A stretch of DNA of 64,000 nucleotides from Verrucomicrobiota bacterium (GTDB lineage: Bacteria; Verrucomicrobiota; Kiritimatiellia; JAHIZV01), in NCBI GenBank assembly GCA_018814445.1, contig JAHIZV010000169.1:2162-66161 (forward strand), in the 5' to 3' direction. Within the stretch, counting starts at the first letter, position 1. Each line of letters opens with the position of its first letter. Positions 10,575-20,358 of the stretch are shown here, in pieces. A program made the translations under genes and the position numbers. The notes beneath the pieces were generated by a model that ran no database searches, was not told the DNA's origin, and saw only the letters and a list, made by a program, of their open reading frames with translations.

Positions 10575-11484
10575 CAGACAGGCCGAGAATCACGAGCAAC
10601 CGGTCCAGATCGTCCGTCGAATAGAAGTCGATCTCGATACGGCCGCGAGCCTTTTTACCGTTGGCCAGCGTTTTGCAGGCTGCGACGCGAACGCTCGTAC
10701 CGAGCCTCTGATGCAGTTGTTCAGTGATGTGCTGGAGGTGACTCGCAGGGATATCGGATCTTTCGGTCCTGGGCTTCCTCGGAGCCAGTTTCGTCTTTGC
10801 GACGATCTTCTCGACGGCCCGGACGGAAAGACCTTCTTTCACGGTTCTCTGAGCGAGAAGTTCCTGCTCATCCGATACGCTGAGACCAAGCAGCGCTTTC
10901 GCATGACCAGCGGAGAGGCGATTTGCGCTGACGAGAGTCTTCACGCCATCGGGAAGGCTGAGAATCCGGACGGCATTGGCGACGGTCGCCCGGCCTTTGC
11001 CCACGCGCTGGGCGATCTGTTCCTGCGTCATCTCAAACTTGTCGGCAAGCGCCTGGTACCCCTCGGCTTCATCGACGATGTTCAGATCTTCTCTCTGTAG
11101 ATTCTCAACGAGGGCGAGCTCGAGAGCTTCTCGATCCGAAACATCCATGATGATGACGGGAACTTCCTTGAGTTCGGCATCATGTGCGGAACGAAGTCGT
11201 CTCTCACCCGCGATCAGCTCGTACTCCGGCCCGGTCCTGTCGTCGCCGGATTTCTTGATCTCGCGGACGAGCAGTGGCTGCAGAACTCCCTGCTCTCGAA
11301 TGGAGCGAACAAGGTCTTCAAGCGCCTCCGGAGAGAACTGCCTGCGCGGCTGCCAGGGATTCTTGTGGATGCAGTGAATCGGAACACGCGTGATACCACC
11401 GGGCAGTTCGCCGCCCGTATCCGATGTAGGAACTTCCTTGATCAGGGCATCAAGCCCGCGGCCCAATCCAGCATGTTTCGCCAT
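10564..11484 (-). CDS. parB: chromosome partitioning protein ParB/Spo0J
   Basis: GLGRGLDALI, NPWQPRRQF, GVLQPLLVR, IAGERRLR, ENLQREDL and an HTH. Confidence 0.97.
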   Translation of the reverse strand: MAKHAGLGRGLDALIKEVPTSDTGGELPGGITRVPIHCIHKNPWQPRRQFSPEALEDLVRSIREQGVLQPLLVREIKKSGDDRTGPEYELIAGERRLRSAHDAELKEVPVIIMDVSDREALELALVENLQREDLNIVDEAEGYQALADKFEMTQEQIAQRVGKGRATVANAVRILSLPDGVKTLVSANRLSAGHAKALLGLSVSDEQELLAQRTVKEGLSVRAVEKIVAKTKLAPRKPRTERSDIPASHLQHITEQLHQRLGTSVRVAACKTLANGKKARGRIEIDFYSTDDLDRLLVILGLSDDF

Positions 11485-11655
11485 CCCGCAATCTCCTAAG
11501 TAGATAGGGAACTATATTTGAAAGGGAGAGAGGGGGAAAGGGAGAAAGAGTGTGGGAGTTTGAATGTGTGGGAGTGTGTGTGGGCTGCCACTGGTTATTC
11601 GTGACTAATGACGAACGAAGAGCAACTGACTCATGACCGGCCGAACGCCTAATGA

Positions 11656-12087
11656 CTATCTTTCCGGCAGTCTTCCGCGCGCATCAAAGAGAACTACCAG
11701 CGTCAGGATGATCAGCCCGATGTTTCTGACGATATTATGCGTGCCGATGGTCTCGGCGTCCGGATTGACGGAGAAGCATCCGCATGTGATATCGATGCCC
11801 CGGAGCATCGTTGAACCTATCGCTGCGGTAAACACGATCAGCATAATCAGGACGATCCACGCGGCGGCTTCACGGAAGGATTTGGCGAAGAAGAGGGCGA
11901 ACGCGCAGAACAGTTCGAGCATCGGAACAAAAAGGGCGACTGCGTTGATCGCCGAATGGGGGAGTATCTGGTAGTAGAAAACGAGGGTCGCGAACTCGTG
12001 TGGTGAAAGGATTTTGGAAATGCATGCCAGCAGGAACACGATTCCGATGGCTATGCGAGATGAGGTTGCGAGGAAGCGCCAGTTCAT
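11656..12087 (-). CDS. MauE/DoxX-family membrane protein
   Basis: Four hydrophobic segments; RGIDITCGCF motif. Confidence 0.88.
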   Translation of the reverse strand: MNWRFLATSSRIAIGIVFLLACISKILSPHEFATLVFYYQILPHSAINAVALFVPMLELFCAFALFFAKSFREAAAWIVLIMLIVFTAAIGSTMLRGIDITCGCFSVNPDAETIGTHNIVRNIGLIILTLVVLFDARGRLPER

Positions 12088-12608
12088 AACCCCTCCTCCG
12101 TTGCGTAGCCCGCGTCTACCCAGGCTTTCATTCCTCCGACGAAGAGAACGACATTTGTGTAGCCCTGATTCTTGAGAAAGAGGACCAGTTCATACGACTC
12201 GTCGCACGCGATGCCGGAGCAGTACGCAAGGATGGGTTGTTGAGGCGTGATGTACGCCTGAGCCGTCATGAATGCGAGATCCACGTCGTCATATGGAAGA
12301 GGAAGAGCCGTAGGAAGGTGTCCCTCTTCATAGTCCGAACGTGGCCGCGCGTCGAAAACGATATGGCGGCCCGCTTCGATGATCGCATGCGTCTGATCGA
12401 GATTGGCGAGAGTGATCCCGGCTTTCAGAGCCTTCGCCTCGATGTAGTGACTCCAGTCCTCTACCCACAGAATACGGTCAGGACGCAGCGCGTTCAGAAT
12501 CGCGGCCCCGGCCGCGGACACGACAATCAACAGAAGGATATGAGACAGCAAAGGTCCCGTTCGGCCCCTGCGTGAAGCTACATCCGTCAGTATCTGTCCC
12601 GGTTGCAT
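12084..12608 (-). CDS. membrane-anchored rhodanese-domain protein (start uncertain)
   Basis: One TM segment, then DARPRSDYEEGHLP, YCSG and GGMKAW; overlaps the MauE-like gene. Confidence 0.85.
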   Translation of the reverse strand: MQPGQILTDVASRRGRTGPLLSHILLLIVVSAAGAAILNALRPDRILWVEDWSHYIEAKALKAGITLANLDQTHAIIEAGRHIVFDARPRSDYEEGHLPTALPLPYDDVDLAFMTAQAYITPQQPILAYCSGIACDESYELVLFLKNQGYTNVVLFVGGMKAWVDAGYATEEGL

Positions 12609-12677
12609 GGGACGGAGCCTAACAACTTCTCTGCCGAAGGCCAATCATAACAACGGGCAGGCGGCTTCACGCGACCA

Positions 12678-14108
12678 TCAGTCTGAGGAGTTCCACTTCA
12701 TCGCGGCAACCTGTCCCTGCCGCGCGTAGTCCGCCGCTTCGCCGAGGATGCGTGCGGCTTCCTGCGGGGCGTGGAAGCCCATCGAGTTTTCGGCGGCAAT
12801 GTAGTCGAGACGCCACTGCGCTTTACGCTGCAACTCGAGCGATTCCTTCAGTTGGTCTTCCGTTGCGCCGGCGGCTTTGGCCGCGGCAATAGCATCCAAC
12901 TGGTCCATCAGGGCGGCTCCGGCCCGTTCGAGCAGGTCGTGATTCCGCTCCTGGATAGCATCGACCCGCGCCTTGATTTCGTCCTCCGGGAAATGGTGAC
13001 ACACCTGACACGCACGGTTGATATTCAACAGCGGACTACGCACCCAGTGATCAGAAACCTTGGTCGCGCCGTCACGCATGTAAGGCATATGGCAATCGGC
13101 GCATGCCACACCACTGCGCGCATGGATGCCCTGGCTCCACATTTCAAATTCGGGATGCTGGGCTTTGAGTATTTCCGCTCCGCTTTCCTTATGCCTGTAG
13201 TCGAAGAAGCGCGTTCCATCCTCGAATGTCTTCTCGTTCCAGAACTTCTCCAGGTCCTCCACTTTGAGGCCGTTGCCCCACGGGAATGTGAGCGGCATTT
13301 TGTTCGCGCAGTAGTATTCGACGTGGCATTGCCCGCAGACGAAGGAACGCATTTCGGTTCGCGTTGCATCAGTATTCGGATCATAGGGTTCTTTCTTTCC
13401 GGCGTCGCGCCACTGCTGGATTGAAGGAAGATGCGGGACCTCCGCTTCCGAGTCGGCCAGCGCGCGGATGCCGGTGATGAATCCGGGGCGTGTCACGCGC
13501 AACTGCATCGTATCGGGGTCGTGGCAGTCGACACATGAAACCGGATGGTCATGACCCATCTCGTGAAGCATCGCGTTCAGGTCCTTGTACGAGTACTGAA
13601 AGGTCTTTTCAAATCCCGCCATTGCGTCGCCGTCGCCCAGCTCGCGATAAAGCGGCATGATGGATGCGTGGCAGTGAAGACAGGAGCCGGATTGAGGTTT
13701 CGTCTGCCGCTCGGTTTTTTCCTGATCGACCAGCATGTAGGCGTGCCCGCGCCGGTCCCGGTAGTCGATGGAAAATGCATAGCCGAGAAACATACGCTTG
13801 AGCCATGGATCGCGCTCAATCTTCTCCGCCGGCAGGGCCTCGCTACCCCCATGGCCTCCGAATCGTGTGCGGGTCGTAATGGCGGTTCGCTTGTACGAGT
13901 CATATTCCTTGGGCCAGTTTTTACCCCATAGCTCCGGATCGGTGTCGTTTTCAGTCACTTCAACCAGGCGGACGTAGGGCGTTCTGGTATCGGCCTTTCG
14001 CTCGAATATGTTGACCAGCAATGCGGTCACCAGCGATGCGGCGACGGCGACAACTATGACGATAATGGCGAAAAGCGCCTGCAGACGTGATCTTGATGAT
14101 GCGTTCAT
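12678..14108 (-). CDS. nrfA: ammonia-forming pentaheme cytochrome c nitrite reductase NrfA (CXXCH first-heme variant)
   Basis: Five CXXCH motifs, [14 protein letters not shown], diagnostic [17 protein letters not shown] and [10 protein letters not shown]. Confidence 0.95.
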   Translation of the reverse strand: MNASSRSRLQALFAIIVIVVAVAASLVTALLVNIFERKADTRTPYVRLVEVTENDTDPELWGKNWPKEYDSYKRTAITTRTRFGGHGGSEALPAEKIERDPWLKRMFLGYAFSIDYRDRRGHAYMLVDQEKTERQTKPQSGSCLHCHASIMPLYRELGDGDAMAGFEKTFQYSYKDLNAMLHEMGHDHPVSCVDCHDPDTMQLRVTRPGFITGIRALADSEAEVPHLPSIQQWRDAGKKEPYDPNTDATRTEMRSFVCGQCHVEYYCANKMPLTFPWGNGLKVEDLEKFWNEKTFEDGTRFFDYRHKESGAEILKAQHPEFEMWSQGIHARSGVACADCHMPYMRDGATKVSDHWVRSPLLNINRACQVCHHFPEDEIKARVDAIQERNHDLLERAGAALMDQLDAIAAAKAAGATEDQLKESLELQRKAQWRLDYIAAENSMGFHAPQEAARILGEAADYARQGQVAAMKWNSSD

Positions 14109-14656
14109 GGTTTCATCCTTTCTAAAAATTCGCCGAGGTCAGGTCCGCCCAGGCCCGCGGTCTCTCCGTGACCCGCAGACTGGTGACAATGGAGGCAACT
14201 GACCGCATCGGCGTCCGAGGTCGCTCCCGATACCAGGTTGTGGACCATATCCTCGTGGCAGGCCATACAGTTCTCCTGCAATATCCCGCGGTTCTTCTTC
14301 TTGATCATGATCGGCTCGTGGAAATCCTGGAATGTGAATCCCCTGGAGTGGTGATATCCGTTCTCCGCCTTGGCGATGTACTTCGGGATAAACTCGTGCG
14401 GGAGGTGACAGTCCACACAGGTAGCGACGCCGTGGTGGCTGGATTTCTGCCAGGAGTCATACTGGGACTGCATGATGTGACAATTGGCGCAGGCAGCGGG
14501 ATCCTTGCTGAAGTAGGAAAGGCCCTCAGCATACTGGAACGTGTATCCGCCGACACCGATAAGCAGACCCAGAACGATGGCGGCAGACAGGATGATCCCG
14601 CGCGGTCCCGAACCGGAACCGTCGGTTGCGCTCTTGCCGTCTTCTCTGTCGATCAT
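14105..14656 (-). CDS. nrfH: cytochrome c nitrite reductase small subunit NrfH
   Basis: N-terminal TM plus four CXXCH motifs; overlaps the nrfA start. Confidence 0.94.
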   Translation of the reverse strand: MIDREDGKSATDGSGSGPRGIILSAAIVLGLLIGVGGYTFQYAEGLSYFSKDPAACANCHIMQSQYDSWQKSSHHGVATCVDCHLPHEFIPKYIAKAENGYHHSRGFTFQDFHEPIMIKKKNRGILQENCMACHEDMVHNLVSGATSDADAVSCLHCHQSAGHGETAGLGGPDLGEFLERMKP

Positions 14657-14736
14657 GAACCCCTCTTGCGGACACTTTCCGCAAGAGGAAGGGGGGAGTC
14701 AAGGCGGGAAAGCCAGTTCAGGAAGAGGAGCGGATT

Positions 14737-14783
14737 TTCCAAGCCTTGGAAGTTCGTTTCAGAGAATCTTCCAAGGTTTGGAA
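14737..14783. repeat. pair of short palindromes TTCCAAnnnTTGGAA (REP-like)
   Basis: Copies at 14737-14751 and 14769-14783; a similar pair occurs at 28534-28579. Confidence 0.8.
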
Positions 14784-14794
14784 AGCGAGCGGGC

Positions 14795-15208
14795 TTAGCC
14801 GAGCATGCGCTTCATCTCTTCAGCGTGTCCGGCTTCGTCAGCGGCTTGTTCTTCCATCTTCATTTTCAGGTCGATCAGGCCTGCGGCATCGGCCAGATCA
14901 GCCAGTTTACGGTAGCCTTCCACGTCGGCTTCTTCCTCGGCAATGTCATGCTCGAGCATCGCGCGTACTTCACCCGGAGGAGGTGTCAGATCGGGATTCA
15001 GCTTCGGCGTCCCGCCCAGCATGACAATCTTATCAGCGAGGTATTGCGCATGACCGACTTCGTCGACGACCTCGGACTGATACATTTTCCGTACGGCATC
15101 CCACTGAGCGCCCTTAATGCCGGCTGCCTGCAGGAGGTATCTCAGAAATGTGGATACCTCGCGATTCATGGCGTGGTTTAGTCCTTCGATCAGTTTCTTG
15201 TTGCTCAT
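14795..15208 (-). CDS. ferritin-like / bacterioferritin-family protein
   Basis: Two ExxH di-iron motifs (DEVGHA, DEAGHA) and LGGTP. Confidence 0.85.
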   Translation of the reverse strand: MSNKKLIEGLNHAMNREVSTFLRYLLQAAGIKGAQWDAVRKMYQSEVVDEVGHAQYLADKIVMLGGTPKLNPDLTPPPGEVRAMLEHDIAEEEADVEGYRKLADLADAAGLIDLKMKMEEQAADEAGHAEEMKRMLG

Positions 15209-15241
15209 GACTGTCCTTTCCCTTCTTGTGACTCGTGATGT

Positions 15242-16573
15242 TTACAGTTTTGCCGTGGCGTCTCTTGTCGCGAACACGAATGCGTTGTCCGAAGGCTTGG
15301 CCGCCAGTTCAGGATGGGTCGCGTATTGATGAATAAGCAAATCGTCGATCGTGACGCCCTTCTGAATGGCCAACGAGAGAAAGTCCACGTTCGCGGCTAC
15401 ACCGTGCCCCGGCCGCAGAATGCTTCCGCCTATCAACCTCCGCGAAGTTCGCTCAAATACTAGTTTTGTTTTGATCATGGCAACGCCATCGATCATCGGG
15501 TAGCGATCCATCACTTCAGAAGAACCGCAAACAACATCGAACCCCTCTCTGACCGCCGCTTCCTCGATCAGGCCTGCTGACCCGAAGCTCGTTCCGAATA
15601 CCGCCGAGGCGCTGGCATTAATGACGCCGGGAAAGATTTCGTTTCTGCCGAGAATATTCGCCGCGACGACCCTGGACATGAAGACCGCATTTGTCCCAAA
15701 TTCACCGCGAGCAGGTCGGCCCGTAACAAACGATTTCTTTGTGGCGCAATCTCCCGAAGCATAAACACCCGGCGCGTTCGTTCTCAGATATTCATCGACA
15801 TCTACGCCGAATCGGCTTGTTTGGAGTCCCGCCTCTTCCGCGATCTCCGTATTCGGAGAAACGCCGATGGACAACACTACGAAATCTGTCTCGATCACCG
15901 TGTCGTCTTCAAGGCGTACCGCCTGCACGACTCCCTCTTCCGTAACGAACTCAGAAACGGCGACTCCGGTTCGAACGTCAATGTCGTGTTCTTTCAATTT
16001 GTCCTCTACCGTGACGGCGAACTCCTCTTCCGTTGTCGCCAGCAGTATATGCGGGAGCATCTCGACGAGGGTCACATGAATGCCCAGCTCTGTGAGTATC
16101 GCGGCCACTTCAATCCCTATGTATCCGCCGCCCACAACGACACACCGCCTGTGTTGGCCTGCCCATTCGCGCAGTCGAACCATGTCGCCGCGTGACCGTA
16201 CGGGCGTTATGTTCTCGGCATTGATGCCCGGCAACGAAGGAATAGCAGGTTTTGATCCGGTCGCCAGAACGAGATGAGAATACGAGATACTTGTTCCCTT
16301 TTCAGTCGTGACCGACTGCCCGGCCGTGTCGATGTGCTGCACGCGATCAATGATGAGTTCCGCCCCGAAATCCGTCACGAGGGAGTTAGGAATAAGGAAT
16401 TTCTTCTCCGGCTTCTCATCGGATATGCCATACGGAACCGCACATCGGTTGACATTGATCTCTTCGTCCTTGATGAGTGTCACGGATAGATCTGCTTTTG
16501 CCGCATGAAGGGCATGCACGATCAGCCGGCCTGCAGGGCCGCCGCCCACAACAAGTACATCTGTTTCTTTCAT
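15242..16573 (-). CDS. FAD-dependent pyridine nucleotide-disulfide oxidoreductase (NADH oxidase/CoA-disulfide reductase-like)
   Basis: GGGPAG, single-Cys RCAVPY, LATGS, GGGYIG and SGDC. Confidence 0.9.
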   Translation of the reverse strand: MKETDVLVVGGGPAGRLIVHALHAAKADLSVTLIKDEEINVNRCAVPYGISDEKPEKKFLIPNSLVTDFGAELIIDRVQHIDTAGQSVTTEKGTSISYSHLVLATGSKPAIPSLPGINAENITPVRSRGDMVRLREWAGQHRRCVVVGGGYIGIEVAAILTELGIHVTLVEMLPHILLATTEEEFAVTVEDKLKEHDIDVRTGVAVSEFVTEEGVVQAVRLEDDTVIETDFVVLSIGVSPNTEIAEEAGLQTSRFGVDVDEYLRTNAPGVYASGDCATKKSFVTGRPARGEFGTNAVFMSRVVAANILGRNEIFPGVINASASAVFGTSFGSAGLIEEAAVREGFDVVCGSSEVMDRYPMIDGVAMIKTKLVFERTSRRLIGGSILRPGHGVAANVDFLSLAIQKGVTIDDLLIHQYATHPELAAKPSDNAFVFATRDATAKL

Positions 16574-16581
16574 CAGGGCCT

Positions 16582-16986
16582 CTATGAGTTTGCTGCGCGC
16601 GTGGTGATTTCGAAATCGGGGGTATCGATGACGTGCTTTTTGACCGTGCAGAGATCGGCGGCCCGCCGAATCGCTTTCTCGTACTTCTCGGGAAAATCCT
16701 TCGGCAGGGTCAGCATGATTCTGATGGGCGTGAAGAGCTTTCGTGCGGGATCGCGCTCCGCCTCAAGGTTCACTGCAAGACCCTCTGTATTGAGGTCCCT
16801 GGAGTTGCAGAACTCCAGCGCGTAAATCCCCACGCATGTGGACATGGAAACGAAGAAGAGATCGAAAGGCTCCGGGGCCGAGCCCTCGCCGCCGTTTTTC
16901 ACGGATTGGTCCGTATGAACGGTAAATCCGTCGTAGTGAGCATCGACCTTCTTCCCGCCTGGAAATGTGACTTCAAATTTCTTCAC
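16582..16986 (-). CDS. OsmC-family protein
   Basis: TDQSVKNGGEGSAPEPFDLF, STCVG and DLCTVKKH. Confidence 0.88.
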   Translation of the reverse strand: MKKFEVTFPGGKKVDAHYDGFTVHTDQSVKNGGEGSAPEPFDLFFVSMSTCVGIYALEFCNSRDLNTEGLAVNLEAERDPARKLFTPIRIMLTLPKDFPEKYEKAIRRAADLCTVKKHVIDTPDFEITTRAANS

Positions 16987-17024
16987 TTCATGTATCTCCC
17001 TCTGTTGAGCCGCGCGTGCGTTTC

Positions 17025-17225
17025 CTAAGCAAAAGGGCAGGTCCCGGTTGGGCAGGAAGCTCCCGCGGATGCTCCGCCTGATGACGCAGCGTTAAACGCC
17101 GCAAACTGCTTCTTGATCCTGGAAGATCCGCACTTGGGGCATTGCGCAGGAGCATCTGCTTCGCCCCGAACAAGGACTTCGAAGCGATGCTCACAGTCTT
17201 CACACACGTATACGTAGATAGGCAT
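17025..17225 (-). CDS. FmdB-family zinc-ribbon protein
   Basis: MPIYVYVCEDCEHRFE...CPKCGS. Confidence 0.88.
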   Translation of the reverse strand: MPIYVYVCEDCEHRFEVLVRGEADAPAQCPKCGSSRIKKQFAAFNAASSGGASAGASCPTGTCPFA

Positions 17226-17237
17226 GGTATCTTGTCC

Positions 17238-17567
17238 TTATGCTTTGGCTGCCTCGTCAATAGCGGCCGTAAGAGTCGCCGTGTTCTGGACTCCGACGAA
17301 ACCGTCCACGGGTTTGCCGTCTTTGAAGAGAATGAGCGTGGGAATGCTCCGAATACCGAGCTGACCCGAAGTCATGGGCGCATCGTCCACGTTGACCTTG
17401 GCAATCGCGGCCTTTCCGCCGATTTCAGCAGCGAGCTGCTCAATAATGGGGCCCTGTACCCGGCACGGTCCACACCAGGGCGCCCAGAAATCGACAAGGA
17501 CGATGCCTTTCCCGACATGTTCCGCGAAATTCCGGTCTGTCAATTCAAGTACACCTTCTGTGATCAT
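17238..17567 (-). CDS. trxA: thioredoxin
   Basis: VDFWAPWCGPC and IRSIPTL. Confidence 0.95.
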   Translation of the reverse strand: MITEGVLELTDRNFAEHVGKGIVLVDFWAPWCGPCRVQGPIIEQLAAEIGGKAAIAKVNVDDAPMTSGQLGIRSIPTLILFKDGKPVDGFVGVQNTATLTAAIDEAAKA

Positions 17568-17617
17568 CGTTTTCTCCGTTTACCTGTATGTCATTCATGG
17601 AGATCAGGCTTCCTGAT

Positions 17618-17768
17618 CTGAATGGCGCTGACTTAAGGCCACGACATGCCTTACGGCATTGACTACAAACAATGCGAACTTCATCAATTGTTCGTAGTTA
17701 AGCCCGTCAGGGCTGTGCCTTTCTTTGCCTGACGCATCCGAAAGTGGTCTTAAGTCAGCGGCATTCAG
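17618..17768. repeat. ~150-bp structured MITE/REP-like element, copy 1
   Basis: Terminal inverted repeats (CTGAATGGCGCTGACTTAAG...CTTAAGTCAGCGGCATTCAG), internal hairpin, inverted homolog at 22722-22871. Confidence 0.85.
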
Positions 17769-17848
17769 GCCTGATCTGCCGTTCATAATACTGAGAGTCA
17801 CGGATGAGCGGTCAGGTTCCCGAAAAAACAAAAACATTTCGAGATGAT

Positions 17849-18634
17849 CTACACTGCTTCCATCTGTTTACGGAGTTTGTCCAGCAGAACCTTGGGAATC
17901 CTTCCCTGGTTCATGCCTCCGCAGACGTAACGGGTGAGATCGAGAGAGGCGAAGACATTGCGGCATCGCTCGCACATGATGGTCTGGCCGACGGGGAAGG
18001 TTATTCCCCGGTCCAGTGCTTCCTGCTTGGCATGCAGCAAATCGAGGCAAACCTGCTTCGGATACGCGGCGGCACTGCCTTCTCGACAGGGAAGTTCGCC
18101 GGTCAGATCCCGACGAAGTTTCAAGCGCGCGCGATGGAGCCGCGTCTTCACGGTTTCGGGTTTGAGTCCGAGGATCTCGGCGACCTCGTCTATCGGCAGT
18201 TCCAGAATATCCTTTAAGATCAGCGGCATACGGAAAGGGGCGGGCAGTGCCGCGATGGACTTCTCCATGCATTCGCGCAGCTCGCCGCGTTCCGCCAGTT
18301 CCGCCGGATTCGTGATTTGTCCGTCGATATCGGGCATATCCTTTTCCCTAAAAGGGAGAAGTTCATCGATGGACTCGATGCGCCCCGGTTCCCCCGCTTT
18401 CTTCCGGCGCATGCGCCCGCACGTTCGCACCGCTATGGTATAGAGCCAGGTTGTGACTTTTGAGCGCCCGTCAAACTGCTTCCAGTTCTTATAGGCCTTC
18501 AGGAACGTTTCCTGCACCAGATCCTGCGCATCATGCGGATTGCCGCATAGACGCAGAGCGAAGCGATACATCTGATCGCCATACTGACTGAGCAGGCGGG
18601 CCACAGCCTTTTCTCGGGGTTCATCCTGCTTCAA
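17849..18634 (-). CDS. ECF RNA polymerase sigma factor with Cys-rich C-terminal extension
   Basis: DAQDLVQETF and TWLYTIA (region 2), TVKTRLHRAR (region 4), then a tail with C...CERC...C. Confidence 0.92.
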   Translation of the reverse strand: MKQDEPREKAVARLLSQYGDQMYRFALRLCGNPHDAQDLVQETFLKAYKNWKQFDGRSKVTTWLYTIAVRTCGRMRRKKAGEPGRIESIDELLPFREKDMPDIDGQITNPAELAERGELRECMEKSIAALPAPFRMPLILKDILELPIDEVAEILGLKPETVKTRLHRARLKLRRDLTGELPCREGSAAAYPKQVCLDLLHAKQEALDRGITFPVGQTIMCERCRNVFASLDLTRYVCGGMNQGRIPKVLLDKLRKQMEAV

Positions 18635-18646
18635 GAAGGAACCTTC

Positions 18647-20332
18647 CTACTTCTCTCGCGGGAAGGGCCAGGCCATGAGACCGCCCTCCATCACCTTCAC
18701 GTTCGTCCAGCCGTTGGCTTCGAGGACGCTGGCGGCTTCGTAACCGCGCAACGATATTTTGCAGTAGCAGATGATCTCCTGATCTTTGTCAGCGGGTAAT
18801 TCGTTGAGCCGGTTCCGGAGCGCGCCCAGGGGAATCAGGTTCTCGCCGACGCCAAGCCGCATCCGTTCAAATTCGTCTGCGCCGCGGACGTCCAGAAGAT
18901 AGGGCTGCCCCCCTTTTTGCAGACGCTCCCTGACTTCGCTCGCGGACAGACCGCTCATGCGTCCGAGCATCTTGTTCTCAAGCACGTGGGCCGTCATGAT
19001 GAAATTGTCGATTGCGGGAGAGAAAGGCGGCGCATAGGGCAGGTCGGCGTTGACCAGATCCGCGACCGTCAGTTTTCCATGAATCGCCATTGCCGCCTGT
19101 GCGATTCGCTTGCTGACGTCGCCGGGACCTACGGCCTGAAGGCCCAGCAGGCGGCCCGTATCCGCATTGGCAACCATTTTCAGCAGAAGCAGTTCTCCGC
19201 CCATGAAATGGGGTTTGTCCGGCGCCGCGGTAATGACCGAAACAACGTTGTATCCGGCTTCCCTCGCGCGACTCTCGGAAAGCCCCGTAGCCCCGGCTCC
19301 GTAGTCAAATACTTTGCACACGCCCGTCTGGATCGTGCCCGGAAATTCCACTTTGTTCCCAGTCACGACGTTCTGCCCGACGACCCTTCCTTCAAGGTTG
19401 GCGAGATCGCCGAACGGTGCATGAACCTTCTCTCCGGTAATGAGATGGGGTATCTCCACGCAGTCGCCCGCGGCGTAAATGTCCGGGTCGGACGTCTGCA
19501 TGAACGTGTCGACTTCTATGCCGCCTCGTTCCCCGATTTTCAGTCCGGCGTCTTCGGCCAGCTTGGAGTTCGGTCTTACGCCGACGGCGACGACGGCCAG
19601 TTCACAAGGCAGCTCGATCCCGTTGCGGAGTTTTACTCCGGTCAGTTTTCCGTTCTCGCCGAGAAACTCCGCGACGGGATTCTCGGTGATTACGATGGCG
19701 GCCTTGCTCCTAATATGGTTTTCCAGAACCTTCGCCATTTCCCAGTCGAGGAAGAGCAGGAGCTGGCTCATCATTTCCACCAGTGTGATCTGAATGCCGG
19801 CGAGATGCAGAGCTTCGCAGGTTTCCACGCCGATAAGTCCACCGCCGATCACGACAGCCCTATCGATCTTCTTCTCGTCGGCGATCTGCCGCAGGTAATC
19901 GGCATCACGCATCGACTGAAGCGTTGAGATTCCTTCCAGATCACTCCCGGGAAGCGGCGGCACCACCGGGCTCGCACCGGTTGCGAGGACCAGTTTGTCG
20001 TACGCCAATTCGAAATCCTGTTCCTCATCGAGATCGTGGCAGGACACGACATGGCGCTTGCGGTCAATGGCCGTGACGCGTGTCCGCGTCATCGCGTTGA
20101 TGCCCTTGGCCTTAAGATAGTACTTCGGATCCCGTATCACGCCCGTGGGCGTGGAAAGCAGTTGGTTCCGGTCGTCAAAAAAGCCGCCGACGAAATAGGG
20201 ATAACCGCAGGAGGCCATCGACAGATCGGGGCCTTCCTGCAGGATAGTAATCTCCGCATGCTGATCCATGCGCCTGGCTTTGGCGGCGGCTTTAGGTCCT
20301 GCCGCGGACCCTCCTACGACGACGATTTTCAT
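18647..20332 (-). CDS. CoA-disulfide/persulfide reductase with C-terminal rhodanese domain (CoADR-RHD/Npsr-like)
   Basis: SMASCGYPY, GGGLIG, YAPPFS, then LDVR...YCKISLRG...GGLMAW. Confidence 0.92.
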   Translation of the reverse strand: MKIVVVGGSAAGPKAAAKARRMDQHAEITILQEGPDLSMASCGYPYFVGGFFDDRNQLLSTPTGVIRDPKYYLKAKGINAMTRTRVTAIDRKRHVVSCHDLDEEQDFELAYDKLVLATGASPVVPPLPGSDLEGISTLQSMRDADYLRQIADEKKIDRAVVIGGGLIGVETCEALHLAGIQITLVEMMSQLLLFLDWEMAKVLENHIRSKAAIVITENPVAEFLGENGKLTGVKLRNGIELPCELAVVAVGVRPNSKLAEDAGLKIGERGGIEVDTFMQTSDPDIYAAGDCVEIPHLITGEKVHAPFGDLANLEGRVVGQNVVTGNKVEFPGTIQTGVCKVFDYGAGATGLSESRAREAGYNVVSVITAAPDKPHFMGGELLLLKMVANADTGRLLGLQAVGPGDVSKRIAQAAMAIHGKLTVADLVNADLPYAPPFSPAIDNFIMTAHVLENKMLGRMSGLSASEVRERLQKGGQPYLLDVRGADEFERMRLGVGENLIPLGALRNRLNELPADKDQEIICYCKISLRGYEAASVLEANGWTNVKVMEGGLMAWPFPREK

Positions 20333-20358
20333 AGATCCGCTTTCCTGTGATGAGTAGA

